64,000 nucleotides of DNA from Tubulanus polymorphus. Taxonomy: Eukaryota > Animalia > Nemertea. A model generated the notes under the pieces. That model did not search any database. It was not told where the DNA came from and was given only the letters and a program-made list of their open reading frames with translations. The stretch spans positions 11,358,962-11,422,961 of the forward strand of contig NC_134034.1 in assembly GCF_964204645.1 (NCBI RefSeq), written 5' to 3'. The translations under genes were made by a program, and so were the position numbers. The stretch's first letter is position 1; each line of letters begins with the position of its first letter. Below, piece after piece: positions 13,396 to 30,507 of this stretch.

Positions 13396-16300
13396 TTACG
13401 TACAGCAACCGAAGCGCCACCTATTAATCTCCATATAACCGCAGATCGACCATTCGTCTTTTTCTGGGTCGTATTTCTCGACGGAATTCATGTGACTGAT
13501 GTCGTTATAACCGGCGAGGGCGTACAGACACCCGCGAACCGTTACGAGTCCGAGTCCGCTACGCTGCAGTTCCATACACGCTATCAGAGTCCATTGATCG
13601 GTCGTCGGGCAATAACGCTCAGCAGACGTAACACTATAAAACAACAAATATCATCCTTAATCATCAGATCTAGCACGGGGCTGCACCACTGATCTGGAAA
13701 ACCAGGAAACTCGGAGGAATTTGACCAATTTTACCAAAAACCTGGAAAACTCAGGGGAATTCAGATAACGCAATTGACCACGTGGTTCTTTATCAGAACA
13801 CGATTCAATGAAAAGTGAATGAATTGTAACATTTTAAACCTATGAATAAAGAGACAAGTACTATATTATATAGGTTAACTAGTTTATTTGACGCACGAGC
13901 TTTCGCTACAAATGTATGGTAGCTTCGTCATTCACCTGATGAAGCTTCTTAGCAGCGAAAGCTTGTGCATCAAATAAATAATTAACCTTTAAGCCTAGCG
14001 CACATCGACACTGCGATTGGAGACAACTAGTTGCTACCGAACGATTACCCCGCGCACATCGAAATCTAGTTACAACCGGTCAGTTGCAGCAACTGCGTGG
14101 CGCGTGTCGATCGTCGAGATCCAGAGCGCGCACATCGACAGATATGACTGCGATTGAGTACAACCAGTTGCTCAAAAGTAGAACATGGGCAACTGGCTGG
14201 AACTGGAGATAGATCGACGCTTACCAATCGTAAGCTCGCTCACATCGACACATTCAAGCAACTGATCGTATCCAGCCAGTTCCTCTCATGCGCCGAAAAC
14301 TGCCTTGCAACTAGTTGTCTCCAATCGCAGTGTCGATGTGCGCTAGGCTTTATATTACTACTTGTCTCGTTATTCATTCTAAAACCCGGTTACTCTACGA
14401 ATTTTAAACCTGGAAATTTTCTAATCAGATTTTCACTTCTACTCGAAGCCTTTCAACTGCTTCGTAAGCCGACTGTCCGCGTCTTACCTGATGTCATTAT
14501 CCATCCCGCCGACCGCGTAGATGTAATTCTTACACACAGTAACACTTAACATACAACGCCGTACGTGCATATCACTGATTAAACTCCATTTCTCGTCCTG
14601 AAAAATATCAACGAAAAAATACAATAAACCTCGCCTTATTCGGGGGTAAGACGACCAACTCGGAACATAAAAATGCCATTTTCTGATTTCTCGACGTATT
14701 TTTCCGGTCTAACTTTTGAACGATTGTCAAGTGTTTGGTTGTAGTATTAATCGCTAACCTTTAAATCATATTTTTCAGCCGATTTTAAATCGGTTATTCC
14801 GTCGTAGCCACCGATCACGTAGATATAATTATCCAAACAAGTAGCGTCTGCCATACTCCTCGAAATTAACATATCTGCGAAAATAACAGACGACTTAGAC
14901 CAATAGATCAGCTTTCTGACTTTCCCTGCTATAGCGGGATTTGAACTCTTTACCTGAAACTTTTTTCCACGTGTTTTCATCGGGGTCGTAACGTTCGACC
15001 GAACGAACCGAACTGTAGTCGTTATAACCGCCGAACGCGTAGACGCCGTCTTCTGCTGCAACCACGGCAACGCTACTACGACATTCCGACATCGGAGACT
15101 TCTGCTTCCAAACTTTCGTCTGAAATAATTGAGGAGTACAATAGATGTTGGGACAATGGTTTTCTGGTCTCATAGGGCCAGTTGCACAGTCATCGCTTAG
15201 ATGTAAGACCAGTCTTAGCTCATTTTGGGTTCTATAGCTTATCTAACAACTTAAAACCAGTCTAAGCTCAATTTAGCTCCAAAGCCAATCTAACAACTTA
15301 AGACCAGTCTAAGCTGATTTTAGCTCTAAAGCCAATCTAACAACTTAAAACCAGTCTAAGCTAATTTTAGCTCTAAAGCCAATCTAACAACTTAAGACCA
15401 GTCTAAGCTGATTTTGGTTCTATAGACAATCTAACAATTTAAGACCGGTCTAAGCTCTGTCTTGCTTCTATAGACAATAACAACTTAAGGCTAGCCTTAA
15501 GATTAAAGACAATATCTACGAATTGAGGGTAGACCTTCAACATGTTCATCTGACCGCGGTCCAGAACTGCATCCGTATTTTACCTTTAAGTTGAGGACGT
15601 GAAGAGTATTCAAAGCGTGCGACGACCAACCACCGACTATGTATAAATCATCGCCGATAGTAGTAATACCCGGTCCGCGGCACGGCGCTGGAAGACTCGG
15701 CATTTTACTCCATTCACCTGTGCCCGGTTTATACACCTCAATACTGTCTAAAAACTGTCGCCCCGGGGAGCGCTCTCCACCTGAAATAAATAAATTCTTT
15801 AAATGATTCGTTACTTTATCCGGTTATAAGTGAGCAGCGAAAGGGTTGTTTTACAGGACTCAAACAGGGCGTTTCCCTGACATGGGCGTTGTTTTCCCTG
15901 ACTTGATCTGCTAAGAATTAACACAGTCAAATGTGTAAAACATTGACGGAAAACATTGACGGAAACTGTTTGATTTTAGGCGCGATCAACAAATTTCCCT
16001 GAATTATCCCTGATTTTTAGCTTTTTTTATAAAATTCCCTGACTTTTCCCTGATTTCCAGGTAATGGGCCACCCATTTCATCCAGAGTGGGCAGTGAAAG
16101 GATTGTTTTACGGGATTCATTTTCGATGAGAGTTAAATCCTCACTCACTGCAGAACTCGATCCACACTTGATGTCTTACCGACTATGTAAATATATTCCT
16201 TCTCCATGAATGATTGTCTGGGACGTGACCTCAGAACGGACGGGTTACACTGATGAGGCAGTAAATCGGGATGAAACTCTTTCGACTGATACTGATAGGC

Positions 16301-17556
16301 CTCCTAAAAAAAAAAACAGAACAGATACAGACAAGCGGCCTCAGAAACTCTCAGTGGGATAAGGCGTGACACTGATGCATTCACTAGATCGAGTCCTGCT
16401 GGCGGTTTGCAGTGTGTCGGCAGCACTCCGGGGAGCCACTTTGATATGACTTGCTTTTCCGGGACTATTCCCTGACATGTGAGTATTTTCCCTTGACTTG
16501 ATTAGCTTAGCTTAGAATCCAATCAATTAACACAGTCAAATATATGGAAACTGTTTGATTTTATGCGCAATCTAGCAATCGCAACAAATTTCCCTGTACT
16601 GACTATTCCCTAACTTTTAGAATGAAATTTCCCTGACTCAAGGAAGAAAATTCCCAGACTTTCCCTCCTTGACAGGTTAGTGGCCAGCCTGGCACTTCAA
16701 AGATGGCAAAATGAAATTCAGATGGCAAAAAGATCTGATCAGATTCAGATGTTTGAAACTTGATCTGTTGGTCATGAGTTAACTGTAAGTAAAAAGTTAC
16801 CTTGACAAATGACAGACAATCCTCTCTTGATTTCAGTAATTCATGCTGCGCGACCGTCTGCTTCAGAAACGACCAGCTGACGAGCGGCAGACGTATATAC
16901 TCGAGAATCTTCACCAGACGATCTCCGCGCGACGCCTCGTCGAACGCGACCCATTTCACGACCGCGTTGAACACCGATTCCTCGCGACGCACGTTCAAAC
17001 GATCGCTGCCGATCAACTCGATCAGTTCGTCGTCCGTCTGCTCGTCGAACTCGTCGTGACGGACGACGTCGCCGAAGTTAACGAGCGCGTATGTCGTCGC
17101 CGCCGCTCGCAACTCGTCGAGGTGGTACGCGTCGGCGAACCGACGAATACCGATGCAATTCTCCGCGTTCAGATACGTCGCGAGCGCGCGCGTGCACATC
17201 TCGGTCAACGCCGTTATCTGCAGCATCGACGCCGCCGATAACAAACTCTGGATATTCTCGGGCGTGATGCTCGCGCGTGCCGTGTACGCGTATTCGACGA
17301 TCTCGTACATCGCGTCGTCTTCGATGCCACGTATTCGCACGACGTCGCGTTGACTCTCCGACAGACCGCCAGCGAACATTCCCTCGAAGTACGCGCTCGA
17401 CGCGCACAGAACCGTGCGATGAGCTTCGTACCGCTGGCCGGAGTCGGTTTCGAGCGCGACGTCACAGAACAGACCGCTCCTTCGGAACTGGTGACACTTT
17501 TCGAGTAAACGAACTCCGTGATTCGAGCGGCGTGTCTCCAATGTGTCGTCATCCAT
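13396..17556 (-). CDS. Kelch-like protein (BTB-BACK-6x kelch, Cullin-3 adaptor family), 7 coding exons, 568 aa
   Basis: Exons 17556-16801, 16303-16180, 15780-15584, 15119-14954, 14874-14759, 14597-14488, 13633-13396 (1707 nt, phase-consistent). BTB (FCDV.L...AHRTVLCASSAYFEGMF), BACK (ENCIGIRRFA, LNVRREESVFNAVVKW, IRLPL) and six GG/Y/W kelch repeats. Candidate non-coding exons at ~18605-18726 and ending at ~20297. Confidence 0.92.
13933..13967 (+). ncRNA. Minimal type I hammerhead ribozyme-like motif
   Basis: CAC-CUGAUGA-AGCU ucuuagc AGC-GAAA-GCUU-GUG: stem I CAC/GUG, stem II GCU/AGC, palindromic AAGCUU in place of stem III, as in Penelope-associated minimal hammerheads. Confidence 0.55.
13992..14349. 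mobile_element. PIF/Harbinger-type MITE
   Basis: Perfect ~43-bp TIRs (AGCCTAGCGCACATCGACACTGCGATTGGAGACAACTAGTTGC) with a TTA target-site duplication on both sides. Internal repeats of CACATCGAC. Confidence 0.88.
15175..15500. repeat. Dispersed MITE-like family with internal ~45-47 bp tandem repeats (aacttaagaccagtctaagct...)
   Basis: The same motif family recurs at ~25380-25580, ~27395-27470, ~37410-37700 and ~63198-63337. The last copy has the TIR CCAGTTGCACAGTCGTG / CACGACCGTGCAACCGG. Confidence 0.7.
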
Positions 17557-17616
17557 GACTGAAAAAAATTCTAAATATTTACATATTGCAAAATGGATGA
17601 AATAATAACATCATAA

Positions 17617-18050
17617 CAGGGTCCCCTACAGATCAGTCATTGTTGGATTAAAGGAGTTTTAAAACAGAAAATTTCATATTTCAAAGAAGCGTCTGCATCA
17701 CTTTTATATCCCAATTACAGCAGACTCCACTTAAATCAGTACTGTTTATTTCGGTAAACCATTAATTCAGCGGTTTTGTCAGCAAAATATATATCCTACT
17801 ACATGAATTTGGTTTCTAAGTCGGCAAACACAAATCCAGGTCCCAACTGCACCGATTTAGGCGTAGTTTTACGCTACAATACAAACAAGACAAAAATTTC
17901 TAATTGCCTTTTTCTCAAAATTGAAGTAGTTTTAAAGGAGATTTGGGCATTTTGTTCGAATTAAATGAGTAATTAGCACCTTCAAAAGCATTTTCTGTTT
18001 GGAAGGAGTTTCTTTAAGGATTGAATCAAGGAGTCGACGTAGGGACCCTG
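17617..18050. mobile_element. Non-autonomous DNA transposon (TIR CAGGGTCCC.TAC / GTAGGGACCCTG)
   Basis: Inverted ends. Homologous copies in the opposite orientation at ~9510-9827 and ~23510-24072. Confidence 0.65.
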
Positions 18051-20379
18051 TCATCATAAGTCTACAGTCAAACATTGTTTCTTTATTCGTCTAACACTGT
18101 ATTCAAGGATTGCTAAAAGAGCCTCAATTTTTCGTGGGATTAAATCAGGTTTAACAATATAAAATAGAATTTGAAAAGTAACTAACTTTTTTAGGAAAAT
18201 TTTTAACTGCAATCAATCTTAGTCACCTGGGCCTGGTTTCATAGACTAAGCATCAAAGTTATCCCTAGGGGTAAATCGTTGATCTGGGTGACAACCACCA
18301 TAGTAACAATGAGAAACCATGGTTATAACTGACAAATTTCAAACTGTTCCCAGGGACTATTTTTCTTCCACCTCTATGAAACCCAGCCCTGGAGATTTGA
18401 ACTTGATATATATTCTCCAAGGGTTTTAAATAAACTATTTTTCAACTCATGTTTATCTTATAGGCTACTGATGTATCGGTCCCAACAAATGATCTGAGTT
18501 ATCAAGATTAAAGAAAACGTCTTTACGATCTTAAATTAACATCAAACCCTTTTTTCAGCGACAATTTGTCTCAGAATTTAAGCTAAATATTTTTTTTTCT
18601 TTACCTGGCAGGACAGATGATTCTGATGTTGTCGTCCCAGTCAAAATCTTACCGATTAAGAAAGACATACTTTCCATAGATCTTAGCTTTTATAACACGA
18701 GCTTTGGACTTTGAACCATCATTCACTGGAAAACAGTCGGATAACAACTAATAAATACAATGTTACTAGTCTAGAGACATCATAATTCTTGCGAGTCTAA
18801 GGTGGTGGGGAGGGGAACTTCACGACAAACTAGGATAAAATATGATTTCATTATGTATAATTTTCTCTAAAAATAAGAGGATATAGGTATCCTCGCGTCC
18901 AAAAAGTCAAACCTAACGACAGCTAGATCATGGTTCATCGGGGTCATCAATCAATATTCTTTTTGCAATTCAAAATTCTGTCATCTTTTTTAGATAAGAT
19001 TGTATATAAACTAGGTCGAGGAGATCTAAGTTCGTGTGGGTTTAGACTAATTGAAATTGTCTGGGATTCTTTAAGGGGTCACAATGTTTGATATCCAGGG
19101 TCCGATCTAAGCACAAGTCCAATTGCCCGAGGTATATTTTTATTAAGGCAAGTAGGTTATCATTATCACTTGTCCACAGGGCTAGAGCATTTTTATGTCT
19201 CAAAGTTTTTTCCCAATCGATACATTGAATGATTGCGCAACCAATCAGACTGCTTGTGTAGCGAAATTTCACATGCTTCTTGACCCTGATATCGGATCAG
19301 AACTCATACCCTATTCACGTGTCCATACGTTACTACTTTATATAACATCTATCTTTCTAGTTCAATTATTTCAATCAAAGCTTTATTTCCTCCCGTCTGA
19401 GATTGAAGATTTTGCAGCATGAATTAGATATCAAAATATGCAATATAGAATCACAATACGAACATCTTTACTTTTAATGAAAAGAAAAAACCAACGTTTG
19501 GTTTTTCGAATTTTTTTCTTAGCAATATGTTGAGAAACTGAGGGTACAAGCAAGTTACCCCCCCCCCTCCCCCAGTGAAACTTCATATGGGGTACAACTT
19601 GACCAGGTTGTTGACTATCATTAATTGATGATCTGATCAGACAGATTAGATTTGATTTAGTTCACTAGGCCTAAAAGATCTAGATAACCCATACTTATTA
19701 TGCATATTATTATGTAATAATAATTATTATTATGTAATTCTCATAGCAAATTTATCATAATATCACGTGTTATCATTATTTACTATCACAAAAGGCTTGA
19801 AGCCTCTCAGTAAATTGATATTCCTTATGAAGAAGGTACTTTAAGAGAGGCCTAGGCGTAGGCTACCTCTCTTATATTCGATTAACAAAATTCTAGACTT
19901 AACATTCAAAAGCCAAGATTACAGTGACCAATATTAGACTTTCCCACGGAGTCCTATGCATTGCACATGTTCCAGAGAAAATCTGACACTGAGAACTCCT
20001 TGGCCTAGTGAAGCAGAAGGTCTTAGCTAGCCTTTAGGAGCTAATTTAAATCCATCCATCACTTGGCATCACAATGATTCTCAAATAAGCATTGAGTTCA
20101 CTCAAATGCGTCTACCTCTTAGGCTCCCGAGTCTGACAGAGAACTTGACTTTTTGGACTTGACTTCTTCGATTTCCTCCGGACTCGTCCTTGGCGAACAA
20201 CAAAAATTAATTCGTTCTTCAACTTCTTTAATCTTCCTCCTTATCAATCAATAGTCTGAACATCGATCGCTAATACTCGAGCGACCCTGGGCATACCTTA
20301 TTTTTTTCCCTGGCTGGGACATGACCATTACTGACAATGACCGGCGTATGACAGGGCCGCGGGCGATCATTTCTGGCAC

Positions 20380-20990
20380 CGTTACTCGAGCCGCATGATG
20401 GGCGCTGACATGTTTTGGTCATGTGACCTGGCCAGATGATCATGTGATCAAATTTAAAGCATCTTTCCATTTGCAGTAAATTGGGGAAAATGGATTGAGA
20501 GAAGGGGAAGCCGAGAAGGTGAAAGTGAAAGCAAGCAAGTGCTTGCGGGAATTTGAGAGGGCTAAGACTGGTTGCCTGTCCAATTCTGTGTCACAGAGAC
20601 CGCCAACCAGTCCACACTGGGCGCTGACATGTTTTGATCATGTGATCTGCGTTGGAAGTAGGGGTGTCGTGTATTGTCAATTGTCGATATCCCTGATGTC
20701 TAATGAAATGACGTGGCCGGTGTGACGTCACTTCTATGTCGGCCATTTTGTTTCTCAGTACAGAGCGGTTTACTCAGTTTGCAGGTCAGTATCGGAAGCT
20801 TTTTCTCGATTTTATGCTCGAAAACGGCGTCGAATTCGGCTTTAAATACGTTCAACCAGAGCCGTAGACTCCGGTTTTATTCACACCGTCGACATTCAAC
20901 CGTTAATCGTCGAGATTTCGACGTTTAAAGAGAAATTCCGAGAATTTCGGGTGGTGGTTTTTCAAATCGGTCACTTCCGCGTTCTGTGAG
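20380..20990. promoter_or_regulatory. Bidirectional promoter of the kelch gene and ARF1, plus ARF1 non-coding exon 1
   Basis: GTCATGTGAC (20418-20427), GATCATGTGATC x2 (20438, 20636), TGACGTGGC (20709-20717), GTGACGTCAC (20722-20731), YY1-like GGCCATTTT and ETS-like CACTTCCG. Splice donors point outward on both strands (~20296 on -, ~20986 on +). Confidence 0.65.
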
Positions 20991-22271
20991 TGACTCGACT
21001 GTGTCTGTTCGAACGGGTTTATTTTTTGGGAGTTTTGGTTCTTCGCCGCTTCCCGAGTTCCTACCTAGATAATCGTAGGATCTGGGCAGTGTAATTAAGA
21101 TTTCTCCAGTAGGTTTTCTCGTTCATAGATTTGCGATTTAGTAGAAAATAGGCCTAACCAGAAACCCGAAAAATTAAAAAATCCGAATTTTGTCAATTTC
21201 ATTCTGTTGGGTGTATGTGCTGTTTTAACCTTTTTATGGGTTGATCCCCATTTAAGATGAGTTATTCAAACTACACTACCATATTTAAAAAAATGATTAT
21301 TTATATTCATATTTACCTCCTGTCTATAAAGTGCCAGTGGTGGTGGGATGGTGACTCATGTATTAGCAGGATTGGCCACTTTTAGGTCATTTACATTTTT
21401 CGGCCACTTGACCAGCAGCAGGCTGAATAATAACCGTTTCATGGAAATATATTCAATATTTAATTTAAGAGAGATCTGTTGTGTATGGTGTAGGCCTAGA
21501 ATAGATAACCTCTTGTTAACTGGCATCCACTGAATGATGAATATTTATTTCAAAAAATAGTATATCAAACTTAAACGGGCTATGGGCCATATTTAGGTGC
21601 ACAGACTGTAGGTATATTTTCCACGGGCAATTTGAGTGTCAAGGCTTAAAAATGTACGTGATCATCAAGACAAATTCTATTCTCGAACAAAGCTGGAACA
21701 CAAGTTTTTATGAGTTTGGAGCAGTATTGTACCTCTCAGTAATAGGTTAACTACTCACCTGGAAAAACTTAAAGAATCACAAAACATCTGGGAATTCGGA
21801 TGATGCTATTGACCAACTGTTTCATTCATATTAATCAGTTCATGATTCAATGAAATATGAATGAATAGTTACATATTTTTTAACTTAGAAATTTCTCTGA
21901 TTCACTCGGGGAATATTGCGTAATCTCGTGGGATTTGTAAATTGGCGGAGAGTGGCGCCACTCTGAGTAAACTAACAACTGTGGACATGGGCCCAGTCTC
22001 ATCTTAGGCAAGGCCTCGGAATCTATTGAAACTTTAAGTTGGATCGCACGTGCCAACTAGTCTCGGTTCTTTTTCCAAATCGGTACGTACGTTTCCGTCG
22101 ACCCAAGCGCCCTCTATTTTCGAATTAAGATTTTTCATATCGCGAATAATTTTTTAACTCGAGCCAATTTTGGGAAGCTTTTTTTCTTCTAAAAAAAAGT
22201 GTCGAAAACGTCACCATCTCTGTCACCACTGAGTACAGTAGTTGAAAGAGTAAGTAAAAAGCTCAGTCTAG

Positions 22272-24539
<2,268 letters not shown>

Positions 24540-26397
24540 ACGAGCCTGTAGACGGCGTTAGTCGTAGAACTCGTCTCTCGGCTCTCAACGACGCGCTTTC
24601 GGCGTTACGAAAAAATATTGTAAAAAGCGAACGTAAAAAAAAAAAGAAAAAAATTGGTCTAATTTTGAATGTACAGTCAGTCAGCGAGAACATCGTTTAT
24701 TATTGAAAAGAGATTCGGAAAGGTCGGGTCTCTTTATTTGGAGAATTTTGTTTTATTGAGAATTTTCGAGAATTTGACAACAGCTCTATCGAGGATCTCT
24801 TGTGAAGTACTGTACGGGAAGGGAGAGTTAGGGAGTGGGGCGGCCGGGAGGGGGTGAATCGGTGTATACTTGTTTTGAGTCCGGTCGGAAGTAATGAATA
24901 TTTTCTACCTAAACTCGACGTTTTAATAGATTGATATAGATTTAGTTCGAACTATTTCACAAAAGCACGGAACAAAACGTTTTTTTTTTTTTTCATCCCC
25001 AAGTTATGGTCGCGATATTTTTTTTAAGTGCACTGTTTTGAGTGGATAAAAATGTCTATAAATTCGGGGGTTTGATATAAATGGATTTTGCGCGTTCGAT
25101 TGTAGATTTGTGATTATTTCTTCTGAAGATTTGCGTTCATTTCGAACAAACGACATTCATTCCTACAGCAAGTTAGAATGCACGTATATTTTCCTGGGTT
25201 CGGTTGCACAGTCGCTGTTTTAGATTATCGAACTGGGGCTGCAGTTGCTCAAAAGCCAGTTAACAGTTAACCAGTTGATACTTGACACGGCGACAATTAC
25301 AAGTTCATTGTTACTATGGTATTTATCCGCCGGTTATCTTAAACCAACTTTTAAGCAACGTGGTCTTTGTTAAATTGGCCATCAAACCCAAATGACCTAA
25401 GGCAGTTTTGAGTCGTAAGATCGGTTATTATAGAACAAGAATGACCTAGGACGGGTCTTAAGTTGTTAGATCGGTTTCAGAACCAAGATGAACTTTACTT
25501 TGACCGGTCTAAAGTTGTTTAGATTAACACTGGTCTAAGACCAGTCTTAATCTAAGGATCTTATTCCGTGTAACTGGCCGCTCTAATATCCGCTGTTGTG
25601 AAATGATTATTTATTTATTCGTAAACGTGGTTCTTAATTCTCTATTTAATGTTGTGTATGATCACATGTTACTCAAATAATAATTGTAATGATAATAATA
25701 TTAATATTAACTATGAATAAAAGATAATTCCTTGAAGTGAAATATTCATCGAGAAATGTTTTGGTTATTGATTCGTCATAAAAGTTTCTATTTTGTTCAC
25801 GTGTTTAGTCGGGATCCGGTTCCAGTCAGATTCCCAAAATGTTCACCCTGTAGTGGTTAATCCCGAACTGTGGAACCGGATCCTGCAGGTACGATCTGTC
25901 CTGATTCCTTCATCCGTTTGTGGAAAAATACCTGCTTTTTAAATCGCTTTCACGTCACGGTTTATACTTGATATTTTGAGGTGTATCTTCGATATGTCGT
26001 GGTATATCAGGACCCAGTTCCACAGTTGTGAGTTGAGATTTGACTATGGAGTTAACTCATTGAAAATGAACTAATTTTGACTCGAAGAGTTAACTCTACT
26101 TAGGACTGTGGAACTGGATCATGATATTTTGTGTCGTCAAAAGAGAACCTTTAATAAATAACCTTTATTATGATAATCTTCGTTTTGTACTTGTAAAAAA
26201 AGTTATGATTCTCTAGGTCCGGTTACACAGTTAGTGGGCGAGGGAGGGGGTCTCGAACTACAGCAATCTTTGACCCGTCAACTGTCAAACCGATTCCTAA
26301 TTATAATCTAAGTTTGTATAAATGGTTAGAGTGATTATTGATATTAGTTATAGTTACGTAATTAGACGCAGCACTTTTCGATCGCTTATCGTCATTG

Positions 26398-26600
26398 TGA
26401 ACACCACTAGGGGGCGTTGTACATTGCATTCACTGTTAGGGTGTATTGTCCATCGTGTTAACACCACTAGGGGGCGTTGTACACTGCATTCACCGCTAGG
26501 GGTATTGTTCAGTGTTAACACCACTAGGGGGCGTTGTACACTCCATTCACTGCTAGGGGGTATTGTTCATCGTGTTCACCACTAGGAGGCGTTGTACACC
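26398..26600 (+). repeat. ~58-60 bp tandem repeat x4 containing CTCF-consensus motifs
   Basis: CCACTAGGGGGCG at 26404, 26464 and 26521. CCACTAGGAGGCG at 26579. Confidence 0.85.
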
Positions 26601-27486
26601 GATCTGTTTGAATTGTATTTAATTTATTGTTAACTCGCTGTACTCGAAGAATACAATACAATGATATGTAATTTATGTAATGGAAAAAAAAAGGAAAAAT
26701 AGAAAATATTTCAAGAAAAAAAGTTCTATTTTTATTTCTGGTATTTTTTCTCTCGAGGAAAGAGTCAGACTGTATGGACTCCCTCAACAGGGTGCCCGGA
26801 GGCAGTTCCAGCCTGCTGGTTGGCTTGAAGGTTTTTTATTGGAAATCATGTACCTGAATTGCATAACTTCAAATTGAAGATGTGCTGGGTGTCGGGGGGT
26901 GACAGCTTGTTCGAAATAGTTGATATCGATTTGAATTGTAATGATAATTGACTGGGTTATCACAGAGCGTTTAAATGCACACTGTATGTTATAATTCATA
27001 CTGATTTGAATATTCCGCAGTGATTGTGTGTGTATGTATAGTAACACATGGTCGTTATATCCCGATGTGAAACATGCATACACCCAGTACATGTACCGCA
27101 CTCGCAGACTAGTGGTGGCTTGGCCAGGTAACGAATGCCTAGATTCCGGATATTTTACCTACATTGAGAGTTTTTCTGGATATTTGAAGTGAGTTTGCCT
27201 ACTCTGAAGTTAAAGTTTTCAGCCGAGGATGATAAGGGCTCCTATTTCCTCCGCGTTATAGTTAGGGTAGTTCGCAGCTAGTGTCTGCTGATCCTTGACA
27301 CTGATTGGTCGTGTAGTTCCTGAACCCAGTTGCGCAGTCTTAATGTGGTCTGAACTCTAGAAACTGGATTAGAACCTAATTGTTAGTAATTAACTGGTCT
27401 TAAGTTGTTAGATCGGCTATAGAAACCAAGATGAACTTAAACTGGTTTTATATGTAAGATTGGTTATAGAAAAAAAAATATGAGAC

Positions 27487-27875
27487 TACAGTCAAGCCCC
27501 GATATGCCGCCAACATTGGTGCAGAACGCTTTTGGTGGTATATCGGGGATGTTTTACTATGTATTTGTATAGAGATTTTCATTTAGAAAACCTGGCAGTA
27601 GGCGGGGTGGCGGTATATGGCAGGGTGGTATATCGGAGGTGTTTTACTATGTATTTGTACAGAGATGTACATTGAGAAAACCTGGCGGTAGGCGGGGGTG
27701 GCGGTATATGGCAGGGTGGTATATCGGGGGTGTTTTACTATGTATTTGTATAGAGACATACATTGAGAAAACCTGGCGGGAGGCGGGGGTGGTGGTGTAT
27801 GGCAGGATGGTATATCGGGGGTGTTTTACTATGTATTTGTATAGAGACATACATTGAGAAAACCTGGCGGTAGGC
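27487..27875. repeat. ~89-bp tandem repeat (x3-4) in a Tc1/mariner-like MITE remnant
   Basis: Unit ggtatatcgggg.tgttttactatgtatttgtatagaga...gaaaacctggcggtaggcgggg, preceded by TA-CAGTCAAGCCCCGATAT. Confidence 0.7.
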
Positions 27876-27962
27876 GAAGATGACCGGGTCTGTCGTGTTT
27901 GATAATGTCTCGATGATTATTTGTATGTCGTTACAGTTAAAACCAACCCCGTCATCCACTGA

Positions 27963-29793
<1,831 letters not shown>

Positions 29794-30507
29794 TCAGCAG
29801 CAGCAGCAACAACAACAGCAGCCGGGTCAGATGAAGAACTATCTCTTTCTCTCTTATACCGTCTTTAAGAAAATTAGAAGAAAAAAAAAACGGAAAAAAA
29901 ACTCGACGCAAAGATTAAAGTATACATGTATTTGATTATGTTGTAAAATGCAGTTTGCTCCGCGTTTCGCGTACTCGCTGTTTGTACCATGCGAAAAAAC
30001 TACAGTAAATTCTTTTGCCTGCGCTCGGAAGAGAACGGTGTCTGGCTAGATTAGTATTGGTGCGAGTTAAAACAATCATCAAAATTAGATACGAAATTTT
30101 CATTCTTGTCCAAGTACGGCGAGGTTTACTGTATTTATCGAAATTTTGGAGCATTTTGAAATAATGATATATCACCCCCTCCCCCGGTCTTGTGTTGTGT
30201 AGAATTCACGTAGAATGTATTTCAGAATTTTTCTCGCGACAAGCTTTCTATTTTATTATTTATTTTCCGCCGCAACTGTTAATAACTTCGAACAAAATGT
30301 AAGATTAAAACGAACGAATTCTCGGTTTCAAGAATGCTCCAAAACTTCGAATTAAAGTTTAAAAATGGAGAACAACATTCAGAGACCCCTAGTGGCTTCA
30401 ATTTCAATTAATGCTTTATTCGCCTTCTGTAGTTTGTTCTGTAAAAACTCTGCTTTGATAAGAAACTGCCGAAAAGATGGATGAATTTGAAGCTGTTCTG
30501 TCAAGAT

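Larger units (their letters stand above)
13842..14400. mobile_element. Penelope-like retroelement-derived inverted-repeat insertion carrying minimal hammerhead motifs
   Basis: 11-bp target-site duplication ATTTTAAACCT (13831-13841 / 14401-14411). Long imperfect palindrome centred near 13931, with CTGATGA...GAAAGCTT on + and TGACGA...GAAAGCTC on -. Confidence 0.65.

Noticed and set aside
16250-16280. CTGATGA...GAAAC hammerhead-like string
   Set aside because: No stem II pairing, and it lies antisense within a kelch coding exon.
16802-17558. Many overlapping ORFs over the BTB exon (similarly over TMEM177 exon 2 and the large ICE2 exon)
   Set aside because: By-products of GC/CpG-rich codon usage in the real CDS.
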